Shown: positions 1 through 9,703, counted from the first letter of the stretch. The stretch: DNA of 64,000 nt from Bacteroidales bacterium (GCA_041907825.1 JAYRGN010000004.1:36814-100813); one strand, 5' to 3'. Program-made: numbers and translations. The notes: generated from the sequence alone by a model not told the origin.

Positions 1-1168
1 TATTACCCGATTTATCGTACTTAAATGGTTTTACCGACCAGTAGAAACGAACATCGCGAGGGAAAACAGATTTTACCTGAGGATTTGCAAAATAACGATT
101 AACCTTCGAGGTATCGGAATAATGTGCATAACCTACAACAGAACCAGCAGCAATCTGGTTGTTCTGTACGTTAGGACGAAGTACTGAGAATAAAGGATAT
201 TCAGCAGCAGATCCATTTTTAACAGCAGCTTTTGCTTTTGCCTTAGAAGAATCGTTCTTTACCGAAGTAGAAGTATCCTTATCCAGTTTGCTTAATAAAG
301 CATCGGCAGAATCTTTTTTAGCTGGTTCTGCAGCTGTGGTTGTTTTCTGAGCTTTAAGACTGTCGACAACAGCGGGAGCAGCTTCTTTTGAAGGAGCCAG
401 AGCCTTAATACGTTCATTTGCCTGTATTAAGTAAGGGTAAATTTCGCTGTTTTCGTAGGTTTCCCAGAATTCGAGTTTAGCAGACCCCTGTAAAAGTTTA
501 CGAACACGTTCGGGTTCTTTAACACCAGGTAATTCAACCAGAATACGACCGGTAGCGGCAAGTTTCTGAATGTTTGGCTGAACAACACCGAAACGGTCGA
601 TACGATTACGCAGAATGTTAAATGAGTTATCGAACGCACTGGACGATTCTTTGCGAAGAACATCCAGAACCTGGCTGTTGGTCGAATTGAAGTTAATACG
701 GTCTTTCAACTCAAAGGTGTTGAAGATAGCTGCTAACTTGGCGTTAGGATCAATTTGTGCAAAAGCTTCACCAAAAAGGGTTATAAAATCTTTCTGGCTG
801 CTGTTCTGCATTTTTTGTGCCTGAGCAAGCGCTTTTAAGAAAGTAGGATCCTGGTTGTTGTTTGACAACGATTTGAGAATGTCGGCATTCGAAATCTCAA
901 GGGTAACGTTCATACCACCCTTCAAGTCAAGACCAAGATTAATCTGTCTTTCTTTACATTCTTTATAGGTGTATTTTTTAACACCTAAATTGTAAACAGG
1001 TTTACTGGCAACTGAATCGAGGAAGAAAACTTCCTTCTGAGGATCGCCTTTCGCGTATTTTTTGGCGTCTTTCTCAACCAGGCTTGTCACTACCGTGAAC
1101 GAAAGCTGGTAAAGGCAGACAACCCCAAACAGGATTGCAAATAACCTTATGGCACCTTTATTCTGCAT
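1..1168 (-). CDS. secDF: Protein translocase subunit SecDF (fused SecD/SecF), N-terminal part; 3' end runs off the window
   Basis: Absent from the ORF track because it is open to the window edge. My translation from the ATG at 1168-1166 (minus) reads MQNKGAIRLFAILFGVVCLYQLSFTVVTSLVEKDAKKY...LGLDLKGGMNVTLEIS...RNRIDRFGVVQPNIQKL..GRILVELPGVKEPERVRKLLQGSAKLEFWETY. This is an N-terminal TM helix followed by periplasmic head motifs typical of SecD/SecDF. Confidence 0.85.
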   Translation of the reverse strand, partial: MQNKGAIRLFAILFGVVCLYQLSFTVVTSLVEKDAKKYAKGDPQKEVFFLDSVASKPVYNLGVKKYTYKECKERQINLGLDLKGGMNVTLEISNADILKSLSNNNQDPTFLKALAQAQKMQNSSQKDFITLFGEAFAQIDPNAKLAAIFNTFELKDRINFNSTNSQVLDVLRKESSSAFDNSFNILRNRIDRFGVVQPNIQKLAATGRILVELPGVKEPERVRKLLQGSAKLEFWETYENSEIYPYLIQANERIKALAPSKEAAPAVVDSLKAQKTTTAAEPAKKDSADALLSKLDKDTSTSVKNDSSKAKAKAAVKNGSAAEYPLFSVLRPNVQNNQIAAGSVVGYAHYSDTSKVNRYFANPQVKSVFPRDVRFYWSVKPFKYDKSGN

Positions 1169-1378
1169 TGTAGAAGTATTTGAAATTATTCTATGTTTTC
1201 TAAAATGAAGGGCAAATATATTATTTTTTTGATTACATAATAATTGCCCGGCATACGTTCTGCCAAGAATATCAAAAGTATATCGGAAGCTTATGTCAGC
1301 TTGCCATCAATTTTACTTTCGAAAACAAAAAAAGCGACATCGTTCATTATAAAGATGCCTCTCTTTTCAGGTCTATTC

Positions 1379-2761
1379 TTAAATCAGACTTTTTATATCG
1401 CTAATTATCTTTTGAGCAAGTGCTTCAGCCTTTTCTGCACTCTTGCTTTCGGCATAAATACGAATAATAGGCTCGGTGTTCGATTTACGAAGATGTACCC
1501 ATTCTTCGGCAAAATCGATTTTTACACCATCAATATCGTTTACACGTTCGTTGCTGTATTTTGCTTTCATCTTTGTCAATACTCCATCAACATCAATATC
1601 AGGCGTTAACTGAATTTTGTTTTTTGAAATGGTATAATTAGGATAAGATTTACGTAAATCAGAGCAAGACATTGCCTTATGTGCTAGATGTGAGAGGAAT
1701 AAGGCGATACCAACAAGCGCATCGCGACCATAATGCGACTCAGGATAAATAACCCCGCCGTTACCTTCGCCTCCTATAATAGCGTTAGTGTTTTTCATGG
1801 CTGTAACCACATTAACTTCTCCTACTGCAGCTGCAGTGTAACTTCCGCCATGTGCTTTGGTTACATCGCTCAATGCCCGGGTTGAAGAAAGATTAGAGAC
1901 GGTATTGCCCGGCGTGTGAGTTAAAATATAATCGGCAACCGAAACCAGTGTGTATTCTTCGCCAAACATAGAACCATCTTCGCAAACAATAGCCAGACGA
2001 TCAACATCTGGATCAACAACAAAACCGGCATGTGCTTTCTTTTCACTAACTAGTTTTGAAATATCGCCCAAATGTTCGGGAAGTGGTTCGGGATTATGAG
2101 GAAACTGACCATTCGGAGTACAGTATAATTCGTAAACTTCGGCAACGCCCAACTGACGAAGCAACGCTGGAATAACCTTGCCTCCGATCGAGTTAACCGC
2201 GTCAACAGCAATTCGAAATCCTGCCTTACGGATAGCTTCTTTATCAACTAATTTAAGATTGAGCACCGCATCGATATGGTATTGCGTGTAATCTTTCTGT
2301 TCAACAACACCAAGTTCGTCAACATCACAATATTCAAAGGTCCCGGCTTCGGCCAACGAAAGCACCAGCTTACCATCGGCATCCGATAAAAATTCGCCCC
2401 ACGAATTAAGCAGTTTCAACGCATTCCACTGACGAGGATTATGGCTGGCCGTAAGAATGATCCCTCCATCCGCCTTTTCGGCAGTAACAGCAATTTCGGT
2501 AGTTGGCGTAGTTGCCATACCTATATTTACTACATTAATTCCCAGCCCTGTAAGAGTTGAACAAACCAATGGATCCACCATAGGACCTGAAATGCGGGCA
2601 TCCCGGCCTACTACTACTTTCAGTTTTTTGCCGGGAGTTTGTTGCTTAACCCATGAGCCATAAGCAGAAACAAACTTTACAATATCAAGAGGGGTAAGAT
2701 TATCACCGATGTTACCACCAATAGTACCCCGTATTCCGGAAATAGATTTAATGAGCGTCAT
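1379..2761 (-). CDS. glmM: Phosphoglucosamine mutase (alpha-D-phosphohexomutase family)
   Basis: 460-aa ORF. It has SISGIRGTIGG at the N-terminus, the active-site serine loop TASHNP, and GFVVDPDVDRL (metal-binding loop). Confidence 0.9.
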   Translation of the reverse strand: MTLIKSISGIRGTIGGNIGDNLTPLDIVKFVSAYGSWVKQQTPGKKLKVVVGRDARISGPMVDPLVCSTLTGLGINVVNIGMATTPTTEIAVTAEKADGGIILTASHNPRQWNALKLLNSWGEFLSDADGKLVLSLAEAGTFEYCDVDELGVVEQKDYTQYHIDAVLNLKLVDKEAIRKAGFRIAVDAVNSIGGKVIPALLRQLGVAEVYELYCTPNGQFPHNPEPLPEHLGDISKLVSEKKAHAGFVVDPDVDRLAIVCEDGSMFGEEYTLVSVADYILTHTPGNTVSNLSSTRALSDVTKAHGGSYTAAAVGEVNVVTAMKNTNAIIGGEGNGGVIYPESHYGRDALVGIALFLSHLAHKAMSCSDLRKSYPNYTISKNKIQLTPDIDVDGVLTKMKAKYSNERVNDIDGVKIDFAEEWVHLRKSNTEPIIRIYAESKSAEKAEALAQKIISDIKSLI

Positions 2762-3158
2762 AGCTGGTTTTTATATTTTGCGCCGAAGTTACTGTTTTTT
2801 CATTTTCGGAATACGCATTTTGGAAGAATATAAAATGAGAATCAAAACAGAATATATATACTAGTATTCAAAGAGTTATCATCTTAATAAGATATAAAAC
2901 CGAAATACTCTCAATAAAAAGCATGAACATTTTTTTCGTTCTGATAATATTTTCCTGCAACAAACGTTATTTTTGTTAAATATATCTTAAAATCTCATCC
3001 CTGTTAACTATATGGTTGTATAAACCAGATGCAGTAAATGCCAAAGCCCTTATATTCGGAAAAACAGCTATTTAAAAGCTTTATTTTTCTTGTAAAATGT
3101 TGCTGCTGCATACTGCATCTTTTTAATACCTAATTACAAAATAGTAACCTTTTAGTTA

Positions 3159-4406
3159 ATGGCTATGAAGAGACAAACTGTATTGCTGCTGGCTGTATTT
3201 TCAGTAACAGCCTTTAGTTGTAGTAAAGACGACAACGATTCTTCTACAACTTCAAACACAAACACGACAACGACCACTTCTACCTGGTATTGCCAGAGTG
3301 AAGGAACTGCCACATTGAGCGGGAAAACGTATTATTCAACTGTTCAGGACACTTCCGCTGTTAAAGTGACAGGCTCGGGCAGTCTTACGCTAAGCAATTG
3401 CCGAATATGGTCAAGTGGAAAATCCTCATCCAATGACAACAGTAGCTTTTATGGATTAAACGCCGGAGTTCTTGCCTACAATGGAAATATAACCTTAACA
3501 AACGATTCTATTCGAACAACAGGAGCCGGAGCTAATGGTGTATTTGCTTATGGATCAGGGTCTGTTACCATGTCCGGAGATACGGTAATCTGTACAGGAG
3601 AGTATGCGCATGGAATTATGTGTTCGGGTGGCGGGACCATCAATGCAACTAATGTTTATTCGACTTCAGCCGGAGGTAGTTCCAGTGTTATTGCAACAGA
3701 CCGCGGAGGTGGAACAATTAATGTAACCGGCGGTACCTATATTGCCAGTGGATCTAATTCTGCAGCTATTTACTCAACAGGAACTATAACCTGCAATGGC
3801 TCTACGCTCACAGCAAATGGAGCAGAATCTCTTGTAATTGAAGGTGCTAACAACATTACGCTAACCAACTGCACAACCAAATCGACTAAAAATAAATGGG
3901 GAACACTTATATACCAAAGCATGTCGGGTGATGCTTCGGGCGCTATCGGCACACTTACAATTAACAGCGGATCGCTTACCTACACCGGAACTAATGGCGG
4001 TTTATTCTATAATACAAACGACACCGCAAAAATATATCTCAATGGGGTAACCATAAATAATAGTTGCGACACTTTGGTTCGTTCTATTTTAGGCAGCTGG
4101 GGCGGTTCTTCAGCAACTTCGGGAGGAAATACTTATCTGATTTGCAGCGGACAAACAATCAGTGGTTTAGTCTATGCCGACGCAAACAGCGATGTTGTGC
4201 TGGAATTAAAGAATAGTTCCGTTTATTCGGGAAGGGTCAATACCGACAACAAAGCAAAAAAAGCAATTGTTACACTCGATAGCTCCAGTTCCTGGTCTCT
4301 TACAGGAAACACTTATCTTACTTCTTTTACTAACGCAAATACTTCGAACTCCAACATAACGACCAATGGTTATAAGCTTTATGTAAACGGAACTCAACTA
4401 CTATAA
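3159..4406 (+). CDS. Surface lipoprotein with poly-Thr linker and right-handed parallel beta-helix repeats (possibly a Cthe_2159-like carbohydrate-binding family)
   Basis: Signal peptide plus lipobox (VTAFSC) and a TTSNTNTTTTTST linker. About 12 consecutive coils of roughly 22 aa follow: GSGSLTLSNCRIWS, NGNITLTNDSIRTT, GSGSVTMSGDTVICT, GGGTINATNVYSTS, GGGTINVTGGTYIAS, TGTITCNGSTLTAN, ANNITLTNCTTKS and others. Confidence 0.8.
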   Translation: MAMKRQTVLLLAVFSVTAFSCSKDDNDSSTTSNTNTTTTTSTWYCQSEGTATLSGKTYYSTVQDTSAVKVTGSGSLTLSNCRIWSSGKSSSNDNSSFYGLNAGVLAYNGNITLTNDSIRTTGAGANGVFAYGSGSVTMSGDTVICTGEYAHGIMCSGGGTINATNVYSTSAGGSSSVIATDRGGGTINVTGGTYIASGSNSAAIYSTGTITCNGSTLTANGAESLVIEGANNITLTNCTTKSTKNKWGTLIYQSMSGDASGAIGTLTINSGSLTYTGTNGGLFYNTNDTAKIYLNGVTINNSCDTLVRSILGSWGGSSATSGGNTYLICSGQTISGLVYADANSDVVLELKNSSVYSGRVNTDNKAKKAIVTLDSSSSWSLTGNTYLTSFTNANTSNSNITTNGYKLYVNGTQLL

Positions 4407-4410
4407 AATT

Positions 4411-4456
4411 AAAAGGAGGAATTCTGCTGAAATATCCTGTCAGAATTCCTCCTTTT
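4411..4456. terminator. Bidirectional intrinsic terminator hairpin between convergent genes
   Basis: Perfect 16-bp stem: aaaaggaggaattctg (4411-4426) pairs with cagaattcctcctttt (4441-4456). A-run and T-run flanks lie inside the stem. Confidence 0.75.
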
Positions 4457-4470
4457 ATTAAAAATACGAT

Positions 4471-7400
4471 TTAAACTAAAACCGGCGGTTGTTGCCGTTC
4501 CTTTTCGCATTGCTCACGGGCATTTTGTATCATAAAGTACAAACGATTCAGAATATTAGCTTCACTGGCTCCATTGTCAAAATCGAGATAAAGCAAAGTC
4601 ATTTTCGGATAAAGATGACGCACTTTTCGTTCTATTCCTTTGGCAATAACATGATTAGCAATACAACCAAATGGCTGAATACTTACTGCATTATAAATTC
4701 CCTGATGAGCAAAAGCAATAAGCTCTGCCGGGATAAGCCATCCCTCGCCAAACTGAGCTGCCAAGTTTACAATATGCGAAGCATTACGTCCTTCGCTGCG
4801 AATATCGGAAAACAAGATCGGATGCTTGAATTCATCAATAATTTTGTTGGCTTTTTTCACATAACTATTAGCCAATGCATAAAGTGTATTAAGTATAACA
4901 CGTGGCATTCCAGCTTTTTGCACATACTGACGACTGTTAACCGGTGCATTAACAAAATATTGCAGGAAGAAATCAATAAGTGGCGGAATAACCACTTCAA
5001 CCCCCTGTTCGGTAAGCCAGTTTACGATATTCTTATGTCCGAATGAATTATATTTCACATAAATTTCGCCAACCAAACCGATTCTGGGAACAATCTCATC
5101 TCCAGCTTGTTCATTAAACGCAAGAACAGCTTCCCGGAGCAAAACAAACAAAGCTTTCGTATCTCGTTGCTCCACAAATATTTCTGCTTTTTGTATATAC
5201 AAATCGCGCAAATAAAGGCTCATTCCTTTTTGTTTCTCGCGTACTACTGTTGCATAATACATTTTAGAAATACTATCGGCATAAAGCGTAGCTACTAATG
5301 CTGTACGAATAATGCGTGTCCATTTTATTTCGAAACCAGGCTGAAGATTTTGCAGGGCATCGTCCATTGTTAGCGAAAGCACCGAATAATCTCCATGCCC
5401 GGCAGCTATCAACGCTTTTTTTATCAACGCAATATAGTTAGAAGCACGACATTGACCTCCTGTCTGAGTAATACAAACGGCAGTATCCTGGCTGCTATAT
5501 TCGCCAGAATCGAGAGCCTTTATAATATCGCCAACCACCAACGTTGCCGGGTAACAAATTTCGTTGTTAGCATATTTTAAGCCATAATCGGCCGAAAGCT
5601 GATTACTGGGCGGAAGGTTTTTCATATTGTAGCCGGCAGCTCGGAAAAGAGCCACCACCAATGGCGAATAATACTCGGAAAAGAACGGTACTAAAATCGT
5701 TTTTTTGCTGTCTTCTTTTCTGAAAATTGGCAACTGCACATCGTCCTGTTCTTCAATTTGTTTTTCCAGATTTTTAAACCGAAGACTTTCAATCAGCGAA
5801 CGAATACGCAAACGCAAAGAGCCTATATTATTGACATCATCAACTTTAAGTAAAGTGAGATTTTTACCTTTTTTGCGTAAAATATCCGAAATTTCATCAA
5901 TAATGAATGCATCCGGTCCACAGCCAAACGAAGTAATTTCAACAAAATGCACCTCTGCTCCGGCATTAGCAACCCATTGAGCAGCCTTTACAATACGGTT
6001 AGTATAAGCCCATTGCATTACCAAACGGGTATCTGATACTTCCGGCTCGTGTCGTACAATATCTTCAGTAATTACATTAACCCCGAACTCGGTAATCATA
6101 TCCGAGATTTTGTGCTGAATAAGCGGATCGGCATGGTAAGGACGGCCAGCCAGCAAAATCGTCATTCGTTCCTGCTCTTGCGATTTTTTGTAGAGACGAA
6201 AAGATTCGTCTGCAAGTTTCTTAAAATGAATATTCTGTGCAGCAAGAGCCGATTCAAATGCTGTTTCAAACTGACGAGTCGACAATTTAGGTGAAACCGA
6301 TTTCAGATAGATTTTACATGCTTTTTTTAGCAAAACAAGGTCGTTGAATACAACAGTTGGAGCATCGAGCGGAATACCATATTTTTCCTGCGTATCAATC
6401 GCACTCTTTATCACATCCGAATAACCCGAAACAACAGGGCAGTTAAAACTGTTTTGCGTATTTGCATCTTCCTTCTGCTCAAAAATAACATAAGGCATAA
6501 AAATACGGTCAACCTTTTGTGATACAAGATCTAATACATGTCCGTGCACCAGTTTTGCCGGAAAACAAATATTATCGGACATTACCGTTGATGCACCCTT
6601 TTCGTAAATTCTGAAAGAAGAAGGCTCTGATAATATAACATTAAATCCGCACATGGTCAATAAATTATACCAAAATGGATAATTTTCGTACATGTTTAAA
6701 ATCCGGGGAATACCAATACTTATATTGTCTTTATTCTCAATCTCTTCACGGTTAAATAAAGCATCGTATTTGAAATTGTACTGATTTAAGCCTCTCTGAA
6801 AACCTTCACCTTTATTTGTAAAGATTTTTTCGCACTTATTTCCTGAATAGAAAATATTGTTATTAAAGAACTTAAATTGATTAACCGTGCATTTGTTTTC
6901 GCATCCCGAACAATTAAGCTGACGTGTAGAATATTCCTTCAAAACAGAAAGTTGTTCAAGCGGTGTGCTATCGACAGACTCTAACATTGCTTTTTCGTGC
7001 GCAAACAATGCAGCACCGTAAGCCCCCATAAGTTCAGGAATATCGGTAAAAATAACCTCTTTACCTGTAAGTTGTTCAAGTGCACGTACTACCGAATGGT
7101 TGTGGAACGTTCCGCCCTGAACTACAATATGTTCGCCAAGTTCTTTTATATCTTTGAGCTTTAGTACTTTATATAAGCAGTTTTTAATAACCGAATACGA
7201 CAAGCCGGCGGCAATATCTCCGACAGAAGCACGCTCGCGAAGAAACTGTTTTACTTTCGAATTCATGAATACCGTACAGCGTGTGCCCAAATCGCAAGGA
7301 TTTTGCGCAGCACAGGCAGCATCAGCAAATTGCGGAGCAGTGTAACCCAACGTATTGGCAAATCCTTCGATAAACGAACCGCAACCCGAAGAACAGGCTT

Positions 7401-8757
7401 CGTTAATTTCAATTCGATTAATTGCTTGATTTTCAACAAAAATAGCCTTCATATCTTGTCCGCCAATATCGAGAATAAAGGAGACATCGGGATTCAGTTT
7501 GCGGGCTGCCAGATAATGCGCAATAGTCTCAACCATTCCATCATTAAGTCCGAATGCAGCTTTAAGCAGATCTTCGCCATAACCTGTTACACAACTGCGC
7601 GTTATATTTACCTGAACGCCAGCAGTAAGAGCTTCCTGCTGAAATAATTGTAATCCATTTTTGGCTGTTTCGAGTGGATTTCCGTTGTTCCGGGCATAAT
7701 AATGATAAACCACACGATCAGAATCGTCGGTAACAATAATTTTAGTTGTTGTTGACCCCGAATCAATACCGAGAAAGCAGGGTGAATTGTCTTCTAAGTC
7801 CTTAAGATCAATACGTTCTACAAAATGTTTCTGTCTTTCTTTTTTCCATTCTTCATAATCGGCTCCATCGGTAAAAAGAGGTTCAAGACGTTGTTGTATA
7901 CGACCTTCCGAAACTTTATACTCGTTTATCCGACGAATAAAATCCGAGAGTTTCAGCATTGTCTTTTCATCCTTTTTGGCATAAGTACAGCCTAAAGCCG
8001 GAATAATCGTAGCATTTTCGGGAATAATATAATCGCTATCCTGCAAAGCAAGCTGTTTTACAAAAGCATCGCGCAAAGCAGGAATGAAAGCAAACGGACC
8101 ACCGCAGAACAACACTTTAGGTAAAATATCGCAACCCCGAGCAAGTGTTGTAACCGTTTGTAAAGCAACTGCATGAAAAATAGATGCCGCAATATCAGCT
8201 CGATTTACATTGCGACTCAGCAGGTTTTGGATATCTGTTTTCGAAAAAACTCCGCAACGCGAAGCAATCGGATAAACGGTTTTAGATTCGCCAGCCAGTT
8301 TACCAAGTTCCGAAACCTCTATATTAAGCAAAGTGGCCATCTGGTCGATAAATGCACCGGTACCGCCGGCGCAGCTACCATTCATACGAATATCAGGCGC
8401 TTTATTCGGTTCAAAAAGAATAAGTTTAGCATCTTCCCCTCCAATATCAATCAATGTTTTTATTTCGGGGTAACGATGTTTCACCACCTCTGCGGCAGCT
8501 ACAACTTCCTGAACAAAAGGAATTTGATATACTTCAGCAATTCCCATTCCTGCAGAACCTGTAACAACCAGCGAAATTTCACAATCGCCCAATTTTTCGA
8601 ATGCCTGTGTAAAAACCTGCTGCATAACTGTGGTTACATCGGCGTTATGCCGCTGATAGGCGGTAAAACAAATATTGCCACTATCGTCCACAATCGCTAT
8701 TTTAAGAGTGGTTGAGCCTATGTCTAAACCTACATGGTAGTAATTTGCCGTCATCAT
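4471..8757 (-). CDS. Tandem BadF/BadG/BcrA/BcrD (HgdC-type) ATPase activase fused to 2-hydroxyacyl-CoA-dehydratase-like (HgdA/B, DUF2229-like) region; substrate unknown
   Basis: 1428-aa ORF with two actin-fold ATPase modules. Module 1: DIGSTTLKIAIV, IDIGGEDAKL, NGSCAGGTGAF, ASRCGVFSKTD. Module 2: IDSGSTTTKIIV, LDIGGQDMKA, NEACSSGCGSF, GTRCTVFMNSK. These are followed by a Cys cluster (NCSGCENKCTV) and a long C-terminal region. Confidence 0.85.
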   Translation of the reverse strand: MMTANYYHVGLDIGSTTLKIAIVDDSGNICFTAYQRHNADVTTVMQQVFTQAFEKLGDCEISLVVTGSAGMGIAEVYQIPFVQEVVAAAEVVKHRYPEIKTLIDIGGEDAKLILFEPNKAPDIRMNGSCAGGTGAFIDQMATLLNIEVSELGKLAGESKTVYPIASRCGVFSKTDIQNLLSRNVNRADIAASIFHAVALQTVTTLARGCDILPKVLFCGGPFAFIPALRDAFVKQLALQDSDYIIPENATIIPALGCTYAKKDEKTMLKLSDFIRRINEYKVSEGRIQQRLEPLFTDGADYEEWKKERQKHFVERIDLKDLEDNSPCFLGIDSGSTTTKIIVTDDSDRVVYHYYARNNGNPLETAKNGLQLFQQEALTAGVQVNITRSCVTGYGEDLLKAAFGLNDGMVETIAHYLAARKLNPDVSFILDIGGQDMKAIFVENQAINRIEINEACSSGCGSFIEGFANTLGYTAPQFADAACAAQNPCDLGTRCTVFMNSKVKQFLRERASVGDIAAGLSYSVIKNCLYKVLKLKDIKELGEHIVVQGGTFHNHSVVRALEQLTGKEVIFTDIPELMGAYGAALFAHEKAMLESVDSTPLEQLSVLKEYSTRQLNCSGCENKCTVNQFKFFNNNIFYSGNKCEKIFTNKGEGFQRGLNQYNFKYDALFNREEIENKDNISIGIPRILNMYENYPFWYNLLTMCGFNVILSEPSSFRIYEKGASTVMSDNICFPAKLVHGHVLDLVSQKVDRIFMPYVIFEQKEDANTQNSFNCPVVSGYSDVIKSAIDTQEKYGIPLDAPTVVFNDLVLLKKACKIYLKSVSPKLSTRQFETAFESALAAQNIHFKKLADESFRLYKKSQEQERMTILLAGRPYHADPLIQHKISDMITEFGVNVITEDIVRHEPEVSDTRLVMQWAYTNRIVKAAQWVANAGAEVHFVEITSFGCGPDAFIIDEISDILRKKGKNLTLLKVDDVNNIGSLRLRIRSLIESLRFKNLEKQIEEQDDVQLPIFRKEDSKKTILVPFFSEYYSPLVVALFRAAGYNMKNLPPSNQLSADYGLKYANNEICYPATLVVGDIIKALDSGEYSSQDTAVCITQTGGQCRASNYIALIKKALIAAGHGDYSVLSLTMDDALQNLQPGFEIKWTRIIRTALVATLYADSISKMYYATVVREKQKGMSLYLRDLYIQKAEIFVEQRDTKALFVLLREAVLAFNEQAGDEIVPRIGLVGEIYVKYNSFGHKNIVNWLTEQGVEVVIPPLIDFFLQYFVNAPVNSRQYVQKAGMPRVILNTLYALANSYVKKANKIIDEFKHPILFSDIRSEGRNASHIVNLAAQFGEGWLIPAELIAFAHQGIYNAVSIQPFGCIANHVIAKGIERKVRHLYPKMTLLYLDFDNGASEANILNRLYFMIQNAREQCEKERQQPPVLV

Positions 8758-8789
8758 TACGTCTGTTTTTAGAAGGAGGTGATGCAGAA

Positions 8790-9407
8790 CTATGGCTTTA
8801 AAAAGCTACGAAGAAGTTCTTTGGTTATATTTTTTTGTTTATCAATAAATTGAAAAGACATTTCGTTGTCAAAGGCATACATTTCGCTATAAAGCGGTTG
8901 TGCCAGAAACGGAAAAATGCAAAGGCTGTAGAAGGTAATGAGTAGATGAGGAAATTCGATTGACCGCACTTTTCCTGCATTTATTTCATTCTTAAGCTGA
9001 TATATAACTTCTGGAATATCAATCTGTTCGTTTACTTTTTGAGTCAACAAAGACAAAACATGCTTAGGGTCACGCTGAACTTCAACCAGCATAAAACGAG
9101 GAAGCATAGGATTGCTTTTTAGCATATCGGTATAATTATCAACCAATTGCTCCAATTTTTCAATAATAGAATAATTGCTGTGAAGAATAGAGTGTAACTG
9201 AGGAACAAATTTCTGCAACACACTATCGAGAATTGCCTCAAAAAGCATCTCTTTGTTATGGTAATAATAGTGAATAGCCGTACGACTGATATGTGCCTCA
9301 TCTGCAATATCCTGCATAGAAGTAGATTCAAGCCCTTTTTCGATAAAGATTCGTTTGGCTGCTTCTATAATTTTACTTTCTGTATCAGTAATTGTTGGTA
9401 GTTCCAT
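8790..9407 (-). CDS. TetR/AcrR family transcriptional regulator
   Basis: 205 aa with an N-terminal HTH (IIEAAKRIFIEKGLESTSMQDIADEAHISRTAIHYYYHNKEMLFEAIL). It lies 32 bp upstream of, and co-oriented with, the activase fusion gene. Confidence 0.9.
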   Translation of the reverse strand: MELPTITDTESKIIEAAKRIFIEKGLESTSMQDIADEAHISRTAIHYYYHNKEMLFEAILDSVLQKFVPQLHSILHSNYSIIEKLEQLVDNYTDMLKSNPMLPRFMLVEVQRDPKHVLSLLTQKVNEQIDIPEVIYQLKNEINAGKVRSIEFPHLLITFYSLCIFPFLAQPLYSEMYAFDNEMSFQFIDKQKNITKELLRSFLKP

Positions 9408-9432
9408 CCTTTAGCTGGGGTTGACAGATATG

Positions 9433-9454
9433 TTTGACACTGCTGTCAAAATTA
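9433..9454 (-). promoter_or_regulatory. Candidate tetR promoter -7 box (TAATTTTG on minus strand, 9447-9454) overlapping an 18-bp palindromic operator TTTGACA-N4-TGTCAAA (9433-9450)
   Basis: The palindrome arms tttgaca (9433-9439) and tgtcaaa (9444-9450) are exact inverted repeats. The reverse complement of 9447-9454 is TAATTTTG, which matches the Bacteroidetes -7 consensus TAnnTTTG. The site is about 26-47 bp upstream of the tetR ATG (9407). Confidence 0.5.
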
Positions 9455-9703
9455 AAAATAATTAACAAACATCACAATTTTTTGACATAAACATCTTAAA
9501 ATACTGTTTATAAATAATTTGCAATTTAAATTTCTTTGACAAATAATTAACCCTGCAAAAAATATAGTGTCTTAACTTTGTATATTATAATAGATGTAAT
9601 CAGAAATGGTAAGGTATTTGCTAACAAACTATACCGGAAAATTAGAGACATCACCATCTTCTTTGATAATTATATGATTGTAAAATAGTTAATGTAGTTA
9701 TAT

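Noticed and set aside
1244-1609. Plus-strand 121-aa ORF spanning the secDF-glmM intergenic region and the glmM 3' end
   Set aside because: It overlaps glmM in antisense, and its composition is hydrophobic low-complexity of the kind produced by AT-rich sequence. There is no supporting signal.
4489-8715. Numerous plus-strand ORFs of 60-185 aa inside the 1428-aa activase gene (for example 4489-5046 and 8173-8715)
   Set aside because: They are antisense shadow ORFs within a long, motif-rich gene. They are low-complexity and show no recognisable motifs. The same reasoning applies to antisense ORFs inside purL (for example 18172-18615 and 18814-19176), tkt, mutS and gltB.
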